NCBI GenBank assembly: GCA_963764725.1
Contig: CAVXTM010000018.1
Location: forward strand, 512,001 to 576,000
Length of the DNA stretch: 64,000 bases
DNA from: an uncultured Gammaproteobacteria bacterium
GTDB lineage: Bacteria > Pseudomonadota > Gammaproteobacteria > JACCXJ01
Direction: 5' to 3'
The position numbers were made by a program, and so were the translations under genes. Under the pieces are notes generated by a model, which was not told the DNA's origin, did not search any database, and saw nothing but the letters and a program-made list of their open reading frames with translations. Shown in pieces: positions 40,388-52,634 of this stretch. Each line of letters starts with the position of its first letter. The stretch's first letter is position 1.

Positions 40388-41743
40388 ATGCTCACTGGCA
40401 GCTTTACCGGCAAGGTGCCCCCCGGCCCGCAGGGCATCCGATTACTTACCCTGTTATTCGCGATGCGGAAAAATCCGCTCCGGTTTCTCACCGAGGCTGC
40501 GCACCGCTACGGAGAGGTGGTTTTTCTCGGCTGGGGTGCCAAACGAGTCTATTTTCTCAATTATCCAAGTTACATAAAACAGGTTCATTCGGATAAGCCA
40601 GCAAACTACGCCAAGGACCCGCGAGTCGCGCGGATCAAGCCACTTTTCGGGGACGGTCTGACGACGAGTGAAGGCGCTCTTTGGAGGCGCCAGCATCAGA
40701 TGATTCAGCCCTTCTTCCACCTAAAGAGGATCGCGGCCTTGGCGCCCCTCATCACCGCGGTGACTGCCAAGAGGCTGGAGCACTGGCAAAGAGCGGCTGC
40801 GGCTGGGGATCGGCTCGATATCGAACTGGAAATGAGGGAGCTCACGCAGGCCATCATCCTCCGGGTGCTCTTCGGCCAAGACCTCCCCGATTCCAAGGCC
40901 AAAGCGATCGGACAGGCATTGCGATTCGCCCTTAACCATATTAACCATCGCGTGTGGGCGCTTTTTGACTTTTCTTCCTTACCCACCCGAAAAAATCGCC
41001 TTTTCCTTCACCACCTACGCACGCTCGATCGATTTGTCTACCACAACATCACTGAGCACTGGCGCAACCCGGCCGTCTCGGATGACCTGCTCGCGCTGCT
41101 TATCGGCGCCCAGGCTGGGGAGCATGGGGAGGCGATGAGCGATCCTCAGCTGCGCGACGAAGCCATGACACTCTTCGTCGCGGGCCACACGACCATGGCG
41201 GCCGGGCTCGCATGGACCTGGTATCTTCTTGCAAAGCACCCGGCGGTGGAAAAGAGGCTTGTCAAGGAACTCGAAGGCGTGCTCGGCGGTCGCGACCCAA
41301 CCTTTGAGGACCTTGCGACCCTGCCTTTGACGCGTAGGGTGATCGAAGAGGCGCTACGGCTCTATCCTCCCACGTGGATCATATCCCGTTATTCGCTTTC
41401 GGATGATGAGATCGGCGGTTACCCCGTCAGGGCACATTCTGCAGTTTTGATCAGCCCTTATGTGCTCCACAGAAACCCGACATTTTGGGACCATCCCGAG
41501 GAGTTTGATCCCGAGCGTTTTACTCCTGAACGCTCGGCCAACCGTCCGAGTTACTCGTACTTGCCCTTCGGAGGCGGGCCACGGGTATGCCTAGGTAAAG
41601 CCTGGGCGCTTATGCAAATGCAGTTGATCTTGGCGATGGTCGCGCAGCGGTACCGGTTGAAGCTAGCGCCTGGATGCCTGGTGAGACCAGAGACCGGCAT
41701 CATGCTTTGCCCTCAGGGTGGGCTAATGATGACGGTCCATTAG
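40388..41743 (+). CDS. Cytochrome P450
   Basis: I-helix LFVAGHTT, EEALRLYPP (ExxR), PERF, heme motif PFGGGPRVCLG. Confidence 0.95.
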   Translation: MLTGSFTGKVPPGPQGIRLLTLLFAMRKNPLRFLTEAAHRYGEVVFLGWGAKRVYFLNYPSYIKQVHSDKPANYAKDPRVARIKPLFGDGLTTSEGALWRRQHQMIQPFFHLKRIAALAPLITAVTAKRLEHWQRAAAAGDRLDIELEMRELTQAIILRVLFGQDLPDSKAKAIGQALRFALNHINHRVWALFDFSSLPTRKNRLFLHHLRTLDRFVYHNITEHWRNPAVSDDLLALLIGAQAGEHGEAMSDPQLRDEAMTLFVAGHTTMAAGLAWTWYLLAKHPAVEKRLVKELEGVLGGRDPTFEDLATLPLTRRVIEEALRLYPPTWIISRYSLSDDEIGGYPVRAHSAVLISPYVLHRNPTFWDHPEEFDPERFTPERSANRPSYSYLPFGGGPRVCLGKAWALMQMQLILAMVAQRYRLKLAPGCLVRPETGIMLCPQGGLMMTVH

Positions 41744-42207
41744 CAACCCTAAAGCTCTCGGACCATGCGTCGTCATGCGATCCTTGGTCATCGCGTAATG
41801 TCCAAACATACGATTGCGCATGGTATCAATCCTTCCGCGCCTTGGTAGACCACCGGACTACAGCAGGTACGCCCTTGGGAAATGCAGCCAGGGAGGCTCG
41901 GACATTCCGCAACCCAATAATTGTCCTCCCCACGGGATATGACGACCTGTCGCATGGTTTAACCCTAGACAATCGAATACGAACAATTATATTCCGCCGC
42001 TGGTTGTACCGACATATCGGAGAAACTGCAACGAGTACTCGCCAACCGCCGCGGACATCACCGAAAGATGGCCGGACGCGATTAAGTCGAAGAGGTTGGG
42101 GTCTCTCGTTAGACAGGCTGTTTACGCAGCACGCCCCCTCGTATGCCGGAGTGTAACGTTAGTGCCGGGGATCTTGGTCCGCGCGATTCGGGGGGGCGTT
42201 GCTATGA

Positions 42208-42503
<296 letters not shown>

Positions 42504-42504
<1 letters not shown>

Positions 42505-42950
42505 TGGTTTATTTGGACACCAGCATCGTCGCGCCCTTGCTCCTACCGGAGGCCACGAGCGATGAGGTGGAGCGGTATCTTCAGAACTTCTCTGCAGGCG
42601 AGCTTCGACGAGCGCTTGGACCAAAGAGAGTTCGGCTGATCTCTCGCAAGCGGAAGATGAGCGAACTCGACAAGCGACAGCTGATGAAGTGGGGCCGAGC
42701 TACGATCGCATGCTGCCGAATCTCGAGTACTGTTACCGAGCAGCGGACTACGAGCTCGCGCCGAGCTTCTCAAGACCGCAAAACTGGCTGCGCTGGAGAT
42801 CGGCTGCACCTGCTGTGGCCCACAACCAGGGTGCTGACAACGTCCTTTCGCTCGATGCGGGCCTGATCAAGGCAGCGAAGCAACTAGGAATACCTGCTGA
42901 CACTGGCATTAAACGACCCGAGGCCGGTAATCCCCATAGGCGACGATTAA
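42504..42950 (+). pseudogene. vapC: PIN-domain (VapC) toxin, multiply frameshifted
   Basis: MVYLDTSIVAPLLLPE; later frames LRAGDRLHL-like and LSLDAGLIKAAKQLGIP. Confidence 0.75.
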
Positions 42951-43247
42951 CCAACCGGTTACGGGGGCACGTCGGCCTATGGAAAAACCGAGCACATCGC
43001 GCATGAAAACGGTGAGCCACGACAAGGACGTCAACGTACGGCGCCAACGGCATGCGATAGCGTCGGTGAGATTTATGATCTAGATCAGGTTGTCGGGCCT
43101 TTGATATAGTAAACTGAACCGCTGAATACCGTGCTTCCAGTCCGCGGTATTTGCAAGAAAAGATCGCCGGCTGCGCCAATGCGTCGGTCAGCGATTCGTG
43201 AATTTCTTCCAGCAATCTCTCACGGCAATCTATGGAGGGGGAAGAAA

Positions 43248-45401
43248 ATGAAAATCAAGGGGCGTGATACCGAACGGGGCGACTATTCTCTTCCTTTTCT
43301 GGCTCCCATTCCGCTAGCCCAAGCCTGGGATTACCTGATCGATGCCGGCCAGCGCACGATCCTGTTCCTCGATATCTTGCGGGAGCGCGGCAATCAATAC
43401 CTCCAACAGGCAGCGGAGACTGTACCTCACGCGCTCGACTACGAGTTCGAGCTCATTATGGATGGCCGCTCGCTCAAGCGGCCCGTCAACTATGGTCTCA
43501 TACAGATCAAGCCGCCAGCGGGCAAGAAGGTGGATCCGAAAAACCGTCCGGTGGTCGTCATCGACCCGCGCGCTGGCCACGGTCCTGGCATCGGCGGGTT
43601 CAAGGCGCAGAGCGAGATCGGCATGGCCCTCGAGGCCGGTTACCCGACCTACTTCATCGGCTTCGCGCCCGAGCCTATCCCCGGCCAGACCATCGAGGAT
43701 ATCGCCGAGGCCGAGGCGCAGTTCCTTGAGAAGGTCATCGAGCTCCATCCCGGGGCCGATGGCAAACCCTTCGTCATCGGCAACTGTCAGGCCGGCTGGG
43801 CAGTGATGCTCGTGGCGGCGGAGCGTCCCGAGCTGTTCGGGCCGATGCTCCTGGCCGGCTCACCGCTCTCCTACTGGGCGGGCGTGCGCGGCAAGAACGC
43901 GATGCGCTACTCAGGCGGCCTGCTTGGGGGGAGCTGGTTGACTGCGCTCGCCAGCGACCTTGGCAACGGGAGGTTCGACGGCTCTCACCTCGTTGCCAAC
44001 TTCGAAAACCTTAACCCCGCCAACACGCTCTGGACCAAGCAATACGATGTCTGGGCCAAGGTCGACACCGAGGCGCCGCGCTACCTCGGCTTCGAGAAGT
44101 GGTGGAATGCGCACCCCCTCCTCAATGGCGAGGAGATGCAGTATATCGTCGATAACCTCTTTGTCGGGAACAAGCTCGCCACCGCCGAGATCGTGACCTC
44201 GGACGGGAAGCGCCTCGATCCGCGCAGAATTAAGTCCCCCATCATCTGCTTCTGTTCCTGGGGCGACGATATCACCCCACCGCCGCAGGCACTCGACTGG
44301 ATCCTCGATCTCTATGAAGACGTCAACGATATCCGCGCGCACGGTCAGACCATCGTCTACTGCGTCCACGAATCGGCTGGGCATCTCGGCATTTTTGTTT
44401 CGGGCAAGGTGGCGGTCAAGGAGTATCAGGAATTCGCCCACAACATCGATATGATCGACTGCCTGCCGCCCGGTCTCTACGAGGCGGTGATCCGGCCGAA
44501 GACCAAGCAGGATGCGAACGTCGATCTCGCGACGGGCGACTTTATCGTCCGCTTCGAGATGCGCACGCTCGACGACATCCGCGCACTCGGGTACAACAGT
44601 GTCATGGATGAGCGCAAGTTCGCCACGGTGGCCCGGCTCTCCGAGATCAATTTGGGGCTCTACCGCACCTTTCTCCAGCCCTGGGTCAAGATGATGGTCA
44701 ACGAGCAGACCGCGGAGTGGCTGCACAAGACTCACCCTCTGCGTCTGCAATACACACTGTTTGCTGACACCATTCCCTTCATACGGCCGGTGGCACAGCT
44801 GGCCGAACAGGTTCACGCCCAGCGCCGCCCGGCCTCGCCCGACAACCCGCTGCTGCTCCTCCAGGAGCAAGCCTCAAAGACGATCATCTACCTGCTCGAT
44901 GCCTACCGCGACCTGCGCGACCAGAGTTTGGAGGCGATCTTCCATGCCATTTATGGAGCACCGCAGGTACAGGCGCTGCTTGGCCTCAAGGCTACCGATG
45001 AGCCACCGCGCCGCCGGCCAGGTCTCGAGCCCGAGGAGCGCGCTTTCATCAACCAAAAGATTGCGGAACTTAAGGCCCGGATCTCGGAAGGAGGACTGCG
45101 CGAGGCGGGGATCCGCTCCATCGTCTATATCGGTCTCGCAGACGCCTTCGCCGATGAGCGCAACTTCGCGGTCATCCGGCGCCTGCGCGCGGAGCCGGAG
45201 TACAGCCTGCCGCTTGCTGAGTTCAAGCAGAAGCTGCGCGAGCAGTTCTTCATGCTGCTGCTCGACGAGGAGAACGCGGTTCGTGCAATCCCGGCCATGC
45301 TGCCTGAGGACCGTGACCAGCGGGAGCAGGCCTACGCGATAGTGCGGGAGATCATGCTCGCCGGCAGGCGAGCCGAGCGAAGAGAGGCGCCGCCGCCTTG
45401 A
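43248..45401 (+). CDS. DUF3141 protein (PHA synthase/depolymerase-like alpha/beta hydrolase)
   Basis: IDPRAGHGPGIGGFK, GNCQAGW Cys nucleophile box, GDDITPPPQAL, GHLGIFVS; possible C-terminal frameshift. Confidence 0.88.
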   Translation: MKIKGRDTERGDYSLPFLAPIPLAQAWDYLIDAGQRTILFLDILRERGNQYLQQAAETVPHALDYEFELIMDGRSLKRPVNYGLIQIKPPAGKKVDPKNRPVVVIDPRAGHGPGIGGFKAQSEIGMALEAGYPTYFIGFAPEPIPGQTIEDIAEAEAQFLEKVIELHPGADGKPFVIGNCQAGWAVMLVAAERPELFGPMLLAGSPLSYWAGVRGKNAMRYSGGLLGGSWLTALASDLGNGRFDGSHLVANFENLNPANTLWTKQYDVWAKVDTEAPRYLGFEKWWNAHPLLNGEEMQYIVDNLFVGNKLATAEIVTSDGKRLDPRRIKSPIICFCSWGDDITPPPQALDWILDLYEDVNDIRAHGQTIVYCVHESAGHLGIFVSGKVAVKEYQEFAHNIDMIDCLPPGLYEAVIRPKTKQDANVDLATGDFIVRFEMRTLDDIRALGYNSVMDERKFATVARLSEINLGLYRTFLQPWVKMMVNEQTAEWLHKTHPLRLQYTLFADTIPFIRPVAQLAEQVHAQRRPASPDNPLLLLQEQASKTIIYLLDAYRDLRDQSLEAIFHAIYGAPQVQALLGLKATDEPPRRRPGLEPEERAFINQKIAELKARISEGGLREAGIRSIVYIGLADAFADERNFAVIRRLRAEPEYSLPLAEFKQKLREQFFMLLLDEENAVRAIPAMLPEDRDQREQAYAIVREIMLAGRRAERREAPPP

Positions 45402-45549
45402 CCATGTCGCCACACTCTTCGGTCTTGGAGTGACAGAAAGAAGGAGCAAGAAGGTCGCTGCGGTAAAGAAGGTTAAATCGTGACTGAAACCGTTAAAAAC
45501 CGAACGCTGAGACAACCTGTTCATCGAGGCTAGGTTACCGGGGGCAGTC

Positions 45550-47052
45550 ATGCGGCAAGCCAAGCCGAAAGGGCAGTCATCGATGCTGCCGTTGACCTAT
45601 TTCTCGAAGGGTATGGCCATGGCACCTAGGCAATTTTGGATAGGCACCTTGGTAGTCTTGGCGGGATGTGCAGTAGGTCCCGATTATCGGGAACCCGTGC
45701 CCACTGTCCCGGATCGCTGGCAAGCCGAAAACGCGACTGGCTTGAAACCCATCGACCCGGAGACCCTGAAAAACTGGTGGAAAAGCTTCGGCGACGCCCG
45801 CCTGGACCGCCTGATGGATCAGGCGCTCTCCGGCAATCTGGACCTCAAGATCGCGCTGACCCGCATCGACCAGGCCCGCGCCCAGCGCCGCGGCACCCGA
45901 GCCGAGCTGTTTCCAGAGGTCAACGCCTCGGCGAACGCGGGAAGGTTCGACAATCCCTTGCCAGGCATCGTGCCCACCAGCACCCGCTTCAACCTGTTCG
46001 AGCTGGGTTTCGACGCCTTTTGGGAAGTCGATCTGTTCGGCCGCTTGCGGCGCCGGGTGGAGGCGGCGACCGCCGATCTCGGCGCGGCGGCGGAGGACTA
46101 TGCCCAGACGCTCGTGACGCTGACGGCCGATCTGGCGCGCGCCTATGTCGAATACCGGAGCCTTCAGGACCAGCTGCGCATCACACGCTCGAACCTGGAT
46201 ACGCAGCAGCACACCCTGAGACTGACGGAAAGGCTGTTCGAGGTAGGCGCCGGCACACGGCACGATGTGGTGCGGGCGCGGGCCCAGACCGAGACCACGG
46301 CGGCCCAGATTCCCGCCCTCGAGGCCGGGCTCGTCGCCACGCTTCGGCAACTGGACGTGCTGGTGGGGCGGCAGCCCGGTGCGCTGACGGCCGACCTGGA
46401 CGCGCCCGGGCCCGTGCCGGCGGCGCCGGGCCGGGAGCTCCTGGCCTCCCCGGCGGCCACGATCCGCCATCGCCCCGATCTCCGCGTCGCCGAGCGCCGG
46501 CTCGCGGCCGCCACCGCCCTGCAGGGCGCCGCGATCGCCGAGTGGTTCCCGAAACTGTCACTGGCGACCTTCTTGGGCTTCCGCAACACCGATCTCGAAG
46601 ACTTGTTCAAGTCGTCGTCCTTCTCCTACGGCGTTATCGGCAACCTCCTGCAGCCGCTGGTCAATTTCGGCCGCATCCAGGCCGGCATCGACTTGGCCGA
46701 CGCGCAGCAAAAGGAAGCCTATCTGGCTTTCGAGAAGGCGGTGCTGGAAGCCCTGCGGGAGACGGAAACCGCCCTGACCCGCTATCTGCTGGAGGAGGTG
46801 CGGCGGCAGACCCTGGCCCGCTCGGTGGCGGACCAGCGTGAATCCGTGAGGCTGTCGCAACTTCGCTATCAAGAGGGTGTCATCTCGTTCCTGGACGTGC
46901 TGGACGCCCAGCGCGCCCTCTACGCCGCCGAACTCGAGCTCGCCCGGTCCCAAGCGGCGGTCTCCACCAATCTGATCGCCGTGTACAAATCGCTGGGCGG
47001 CGGCGCGAACGCCGGGCCGCATCAACCGGAATCCATTCAGGGGAAATCATGA
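45550..47052 (+). CDS. NodT/OprM-type outer-membrane efflux lipoprotein
   Basis: [39 protein letters not shown]; probable start 45620. Confidence 0.93.
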   Translation: MRQAKPKGQSSMLPLTYFSKGMAMAPRQFWIGTLVVLAGCAVGPDYREPVPTVPDRWQAENATGLKPIDPETLKNWWKSFGDARLDRLMDQALSGNLDLKIALTRIDQARAQRRGTRAELFPEVNASANAGRFDNPLPGIVPTSTRFNLFELGFDAFWEVDLFGRLRRRVEAATADLGAAAEDYAQTLVTLTADLARAYVEYRSLQDQLRITRSNLDTQQHTLRLTERLFEVGAGTRHDVVRARAQTETTAAQIPALEAGLVATLRQLDVLVGRQPGALTADLDAPGPVPAAPGRELLASPAATIRHRPDLRVAERRLAAATALQGAAIAEWFPKLSLATFLGFRNTDLEDLFKSSSFSYGVIGNLLQPLVNFGRIQAGIDLADAQQKEAYLAFEKAVLEALRETETALTRYLLEEVRRQTLARSVADQRESVRLSQLRYQEGVISFLDVLDAQRALYAAELELARSQAAVSTNLIAVYKSLGGGANAGPHQPESIQGKS

Positions 47053-48119
47053 GCAAGAGAATGAAATCGGCGCTGATTCTTGTCGGGGTCGTCGTGGCCG
47101 TCGCTGTGCTCTGGTGGGTCATGCGTCCCAAAGGTCTCCCTCCCGGCATCGCTGCCGGCAACGGCCGTATCGAGGCGACCGAAATCGACATCGCCGCGAA
47201 AATTCCCGGCCGCATCGTCGAGGTCCTGGCGCGGGAAGGCGACTTCGTGCAGCCCGGCGAGGTGGTTGCGCGCATGGACACGCTCACGCTGCGCGCCCAA
47301 CGGGCCGAAGCCCAGGCCCAAGTCCGCCAGGCCGAGGATGCCTATCGGACGGCGCAATCCACCGTGGCCCAACGCCAGAGCGAACTGGCCACCGCGGAGG
47401 CGGTCGTGGCCCAGCGCCGCGCCGAGCTCGATGCCATCGGCAAACATCTAAAACGCTCCCAGGCGCTCGTCGGCGAGGGGGCCGCGTCGCAGCAACAACT
47501 CGATGACGACCGCGCCCAGACGCTGGCCGCCCAAGCCGCAGTCAGCGCGGCGCAGGCGCAGGTGGCGGCGGCACGGGCGGCCATCGAGGCGGCGAAATCG
47601 CAGGTCGTGGAAGCGCGGTCGGCGATCGACGCGGCCAAGGCGACGGTCGAGCGCCTGCAGGCGGACATCGACGACAGCGAACTGAAGTCACCGGTCCTCG
47701 CCCGCGTGCAGTACCGCATCGCCGAGCCGGGTGAAGTGCTGGGTGCCGGCGGCCGGGTGCTCAACCTGATGGACCTCACCGACGTCTACATGACCTTCTT
47801 TTTACCTACCGAGGAGGCTGGCAAGGTCGCCCTCGGCAGCGACATCCGCCTGGTGCTCGATTTCATACCGAACTACGTGATTCCGGCCAAGGCCAGCTTC
47901 GTGGCCAGCGTCGCCCAGTTCACCCCGAAAACGGTGGAGACCGAGAGCGAACGCCTCAAGCTGATGTTCCGGGTGAAAGCGAATGTCGCTCCCGAGTTGT
48001 TGAAACAGTATCTCGAGGGGGTCAAGACCGGCTTGCCCGGCGTGGCTTACGTCAAGATCGATCCGGCCGCGTCTTGGCCCGCCTCGCTCGAGGTCCGACT
48101 GCCGCCGCTACGGCCATGA
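47049..48119 (+). CDS. yhiI: HlyD-family membrane fusion protein (YhiI-like)
   Basis: [39 protein letters not shown]. Confidence 0.9.
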   Translation: MSKRMKSALILVGVVVAVAVLWWVMRPKGLPPGIAAGNGRIEATEIDIAAKIPGRIVEVLAREGDFVQPGEVVARMDTLTLRAQRAEAQAQVRQAEDAYRTAQSTVAQRQSELATAEAVVAQRRAELDAIGKHLKRSQALVGEGAASQQQLDDDRAQTLAAQAAVSAAQAQVAAARAAIEAAKSQVVEARSAIDAAKATVERLQADIDDSELKSPVLARVQYRIAEPGEVLGAGGRVLNLMDLTDVYMTFFLPTEEAGKVALGSDIRLVLDFIPNYVIPAKASFVASVAQFTPKTVETESERLKLMFRVKANVAPELLKQYLEGVKTGLPGVAYVKIDPAASWPASLEVRLPPLRP

Positions 48120-50884
48120 GCCCCGCTTCCGTGACCACCGTCATTTGCATTCAGGACGTAACCCTCCGCTATGGCGAGACACTCGCCCTGGCCGACCTCA
48201 GCCTGGATATTCCCGCCAATCGCATGGTGGGCCTGATCGGCCCCGACGGCGTAGGCAAATCCAGCCTGATGTCTCTCCTCACCGGCGCCCGGGCGATGCA
48301 GCAGGGCCGCATCGAGGTGCTGGGCGGCGACATCGCCGACGCCGCCCATCGCCGCGCCGTCTACCCGCGCATCGCCTACATGCCGCAAGGGCTCGGCAAG
48401 AACCTCTATCCCACCCTGTCGGTGTTCGAGAACGTGGATTTCTTCGGCCGCCTGTTCGGCCAGGATCGGGCCGAACGCGACGCGCGGATTGCGGAACTTT
48501 TGGAAAGCACCGGCCTCGCGCCCTTCCGCGATCGTCCGGCGGGGAAGCTTTCGGGTGGCATGAAGCAGAAGCTGGGGCTGTGCTGCTCACTGATCCACGA
48601 CCCCGACCTCCTAGTGCTGGACGAACCGACCACCGGCGTCGATCCCTTGTCGCGCGCCCAGTTCTGGGAACTCATCGATCGCCTCCGCGCGCGCCGTGCA
48701 GGCATGAGCGTGCTGGTCTCCACGGCCTACATGGACGAGGCGGGGCGCTTCGACTGGCTGGTGGCGATGGATGCGGGCCGGGTCCTCGCCACCGACACCG
48801 CGTCCGAACTGCGCGCCCGCACCGGCGCCGACACCCTGGAAGCGGCCTTCATCCGGCTGCTGCCGGAGGAAAAGCGCAAGGGCCACCGGGACGTGGTGAT
48901 TCCGCCCCGCGCGACCTCCGGCGCGCCGGAAATCGCCATCGAGGCCCACGATCTCACCATGCGCTTCGGCGATTTCGTCGCCGTCGATCATGTCAGCCTG
49001 CGGATCGAGCGGGGCGAGATCTTCGGCTTTCTAGGCTCCAACGGTTGCGGCAAATCGACCACCATGAAAATGCTCACCGGCCTCCTGCCGCCGAGCGAAG
49101 GCGTGGCGCGGCTGTTCGGCCAAGTCCTCGACGCCGGCAATCTGGCCACCCGCCGGCGCGTCGGCTACATGACGCAGGCCTTCTCCCTTTATTCCGAGCT
49201 GACCGTACGGCAAAACCTGGAACTGCACGCCAAGCTGTTCCATCTCCCCAATGCCGAGATCCCCGCCCGCGTCGCCGAGCTGACGGAGCGCTTCCAGCTC
49301 GGTCCGGTCATGGACACCCTGCCCGACGCCGTGCCGCTGGGCGTGCGCCAGCGCCTGTCGCTGGCGGTGGCGGTGATCCACCGGCCGGACCTCCTGATTC
49401 TCGACGAGCCGACCTCCGGCGTCGATCCGGTGGCGCGGGACGGCTTCTGGGAGCTGATCATCGACCTCGCGCGCCGCGACCGGGTCACCATCTTCATTAC
49501 CACCCACTTCATGAACGAGGCCGAGCGCTGCGACCGCATCTCGCTGATGCATGCGGGCAAGGTGCTCGCCAGCGACAGCCCCGCCGCGCTGGTCGAGAAA
49601 AGAGGCTGTGCCACGCTGGAGGAAGCCTTCATGGATTATCTGAAGGAAGCGAGCGGCCTGGCTGACGAACCGGCGGGCGCGGGCCCAACCCAGGCCGCCG
49701 GCACGCCCGTCCAGACCTCGGCCCCGGCGCGCGGCCATTCCGTCCAACCCAGCGCCCGCTTCAGCCTACAGCGCCTGTTCAGCTACACCCTGCGCGAAAC
49801 GCTGGAACTGCGCCGCGATCCCATACGTGGGTCAATCGCCCTGCTCGGCACGCTGTTTCTGATGGTCACCTTCAGTTACGGCATCAATTTGGACATCGAG
49901 AATCTGCGCTTTGCCGTGCTCGACCGCGACCAGACCCTGCTCAGTCAGAACTACGCCCTCGAAGTCAGCGGCTCGCGCTACTTCATCGAGCAGTCGCCGA
50001 TCACCGACTACGACGACCTCGATCGCCGCATGCGCAGCGGCGAACTGAGCCTGGCGCTGGAAATGCCGCCCAACTTCGGGCGCAATGTCGAACGCGGCGA
50101 CGCGGTCAAAATCGGTACCTGGATCGACGGCGCCATGCCTTTCCGCGCCGAGACCTTGCGCGGCTATGTAAATACCATGCACCAGGGCTGGCTGCTGGAG
50201 CAAGCGCGGCGTCGTGCGACGAGCGGTGTGCCTGCCGGGCTGATCAATATCGAAACGCGCTACCGCTACAACCCCGACGTCAAAAGCCTCCCGGCCATCG
50301 TGCCGGCCGTGATCCCGATGCTGCTGATGATGATCCTGGCCATGCTCAGCGCGCTTAGCGTGGTGCGCGAAAAGGAGATGGGCTCCATCCTCAATCTGTA
50401 CACCACCCCGGTGAGCAAGACGGAGTTTATCCTCGGCAAGCAGCTGCCCTATATCGCCATCGGCATGATCAACTTCTTCCTCGTGTGCGCCATGGCGGTG
50501 TTCGTTTTCGGTGTGCCGCACAAGGGCGACTTCCTGTTCCTGACCTTGGCCGCGCTGCTCTACGTGGTCACCTGCACCGGCATCGGGATGTTGGTCTCGG
50601 TCTTCACCCGCACCCAGGTCGCCGCCATCTACGCCAGCTTCCTCGGCAGTTACATCCCGTCCGCACGCTTTTCCGGGATGATCGATCCGGTGGCGTCTCT
50701 GGAGGGCGGTGCCCGCTTCACCGGGGAGATCTTTCCCGGTACGTATTTCATGACCATCTGCCGCGGTACCTTTTCCAAGGCACTGGGTTTCGCCGAGCTC
50801 AGTCCCACCTTGCTGCCGCTCGCCCTCGCCATTCCGGTGATCCTGGGCTTGAGCATCGCGCTGCTGAAGAAACAGGAGCGTTGA
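48116..50884 (+). CDS. rbbA: Ribosome-associated ATPase / ABC transporter RbbA
   Basis: Two ABC domains ([16 protein letters not shown]; GSNGCGKS) plus a C-terminal ABC-2 permease ending LKKQER. Confidence 0.93.
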   Translation: MSPASVTTVICIQDVTLRYGETLALADLSLDIPANRMVGLIGPDGVGKSSLMSLLTGARAMQQGRIEVLGGDIADAAHRRAVYPRIAYMPQGLGKNLYPTLSVFENVDFFGRLFGQDRAERDARIAELLESTGLAPFRDRPAGKLSGGMKQKLGLCCSLIHDPDLLVLDEPTTGVDPLSRAQFWELIDRLRARRAGMSVLVSTAYMDEAGRFDWLVAMDAGRVLATDTASELRARTGADTLEAAFIRLLPEEKRKGHRDVVIPPRATSGAPEIAIEAHDLTMRFGDFVAVDHVSLRIERGEIFGFLGSNGCGKSTTMKMLTGLLPPSEGVARLFGQVLDAGNLATRRRVGYMTQAFSLYSELTVRQNLELHAKLFHLPNAEIPARVAELTERFQLGPVMDTLPDAVPLGVRQRLSLAVAVIHRPDLLILDEPTSGVDPVARDGFWELIIDLARRDRVTIFITTHFMNEAERCDRISLMHAGKVLASDSPAALVEKRGCATLEEAFMDYLKEASGLADEPAGAGPTQAAGTPVQTSAPARGHSVQPSARFSLQRLFSYTLRETLELRRDPIRGSIALLGTLFLMVTFSYGINLDIENLRFAVLDRDQTLLSQNYALEVSGSRYFIEQSPITDYDDLDRRMRSGELSLALEMPPNFGRNVERGDAVKIGTWIDGAMPFRAETLRGYVNTMHQGWLLEQARRRATSGVPAGLINIETRYRYNPDVKSLPAIVPAVIPMLLMMILAMLSALSVVREKEMGSILNLYTTPVSKTEFILGKQLPYIAIGMINFFLVCAMAVFVFGVPHKGDFLFLTLAALLYVVTCTGIGMLVSVFTRTQVAAIYASFLGSYIPSARFSGMIDPVASLEGGARFTGEIFPGTYFMTICRGTFSKALGFAELSPTLLPLALAIPVILGLSIALLKKQER

Positions 50885-50938
50885 GTCTGCAGAAAAACCA
50901 ACGGATTTTCCATTTCCATAACATAAGAAGTACCTGCA

Positions 50939-51385
50939 ATGGATCAGTCAATCATCAGTGGCCTTGCGGCTGTTCTCGGGTCTTTGGTCGGGGGGGCTTC
51001 TTCCATCGCGACCGCGTGGTTTACTCAAAGAGCTCAAAGCCACCGTTTATCGGTCAATGCTGAAATTCGACGGCGCGAACTGGTCTATACCGAGTTCATC
51101 AATGAATGTTCCAAGTTGGCGATTGATGCCTTCGATCACACACTCAATGATCCTGGAAGACTGATGGCTGCCTATGCGCTTCTGAACCGTATGAGGCTTA
51201 TTTCGTCGGGTTCGGTCGTTGATGCCGCGGACCAAACTTTAAAGGATATCGTGAAGCAGTATTTTGAACCCCATGTATCCATAGAAGAACTGCCCAAAAT
51301 GGCGGCTTCGGGACGCGCAGACCCTCTGAAAGAGTTCAGTACCGTCGCCCGACAGGAACTGCTTAGACTGAATCGTGAGATCTAA
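50939..51385 (+). CDS. Hypothetical protein with N-terminal TM, inserted in the operon
   Basis: Intact 148-aa ORF, lower GC than its neighbours; LAAVLGSLVGGASSIAT...RRELVYTEFI. Confidence 0.7.
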   Translation: MDQSIISGLAAVLGSLVGGASSIATAWFTQRAQSHRLSVNAEIRRRELVYTEFINECSKLAIDAFDHTLNDPGRLMAAYALLNRMRLISSGSVVDAADQTLKDIVKQYFEPHVSIEELPKMAASGRADPLKEFSTVARQELLRLNREI

Positions 51386-51502
51386 GCTCCCGGATCCTAG
51401 GTTCCGAGTTTGGAAAATCCCGAGACCAAGGCATTCCCGCATGTATAACCCCATCATTCACGCTGGGCGATCTGACCGAACGCCTAGCGGCTTCTGAGCT
51501 CC

Positions 51503-52627
51503 ATGCACACCCTGCTCAACATTTTCCATCTCGGGGTCAAGGAGCTGCGCAGCCTCGGCCGCGACACCATGATGTTGATCATCATCGCCTTCGCGTTCAG
51601 CGGCCAGATCTATGTGGTCGCCACAGGCATCCCCGAATCGCTGCACAAGGCACCCATCGCCATCGTCGACGAAGACCGCTCGCAACTGTCGCAACGCATC
51701 GTCAATGCCTTCTATCCGCCCCGTTTCCTGACACCGGCCATCATCGACCCATCCGCCACCGACCCCGGCATGGATGAAGGGCTCTACACCTTCGTCCTCG
51801 ACATCCCGCCCGATTTCCAGCGGGACGTCTTGGCTGGGCGCCAACCGACGATCCAGGTCAACGTCGACGCCACGCGCATGACGCAGGCTTTCCTCGGCAA
51901 CGGCTATATCCATGTCATCGTCAACAGCGAGGTGACGGCCTTCGTCCAGCATCATCGCGCTGACGCCATCCTGCCGGTCGAACCGGAAGTGCGCGTGCTC
52001 TTCAATCCGAATCTGAGCAATGTGTGGTTCGGTTCGGTGATGGAGCTGATCAACAGCATCACCGCGCTGTCCCTCATCCTCACCGGCGCGGCGCTGATCC
52101 GCGAGCGCGAGCACGGCACCATCGAGCATTTGCTGGTGATGCCGCTGACCCCGTTCGAAATCATGATGGCCAAGGTATGGTCCATGGGCCTGGTGGTGGT
52201 CCTCATGGCGACGGCGTCGCTCGTCTTCGTCGTGCAGGGCTGGCTCGAAGTGCCCATCCAGGGCTCGATCGCCCTGTTCGTCCTGGGGATGGCGCTGCAC
52301 CTGTTCGCCACCACTTCGCTGGGCATCTTGCTGGGCACCGTGGCGCGCTCGATGCCGCAACTGGGACTGATGATGGTCATCACCCTGCTGCCGCTGCAGA
52401 TGCTGTCCGGCGGCATGACTCCGTTCGAGAGCATGCCCGATTGGGTGCAGAAGATCATGCAGGTGGCGCCGACCACCCATTTCGTCTCGCTCTCCCAGGC
52501 CATTCTCTACCGCGGGGCCGACATCACGATCGTCTGGCCGCAGTGCCTTACCCTGCTGGCCATCGGCAGCGTTTTTTTCGGGCTGGCGCTGAGCCGCTTC
52601 CGCAAGACCATCGGTACGATGGCCTGA
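51503..52627 (+). CDS. yhhJ: ABC-2 permease YhhJ
   Basis: NIFHLGVKELRSL, IREREHGTIEHLLVMP, LSGGMTPFESMP. Confidence 0.92.
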   Translation: MHTLLNIFHLGVKELRSLGRDTMMLIIIAFAFSGQIYVVATGIPESLHKAPIAIVDEDRSQLSQRIVNAFYPPRFLTPAIIDPSATDPGMDEGLYTFVLDIPPDFQRDVLAGRQPTIQVNVDATRMTQAFLGNGYIHVIVNSEVTAFVQHHRADAILPVEPEVRVLFNPNLSNVWFGSVMELINSITALSLILTGAALIREREHGTIEHLLVMPLTPFEIMMAKVWSMGLVVVLMATASLVFVVQGWLEVPIQGSIALFVLGMALHLFATTSLGILLGTVARSMPQLGLMMVITLLPLQMLSGGMTPFESMPDWVQKIMQVAPTTHFVSLSQAILYRGADITIVWPQCLTLLAIGSVFFGLALSRFRKTIGTMA

Positions 52628-52634
52628 TAGGCGA

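Noticed and set aside
48145-49665. 506-aa Arg/Pro-rich ORF and similar long overlapping ORFs (45636-46841, 13304-14437, 51458-52480)
   Set aside because: Alternative-frame artefacts of high-GC genes with clear primary frames.
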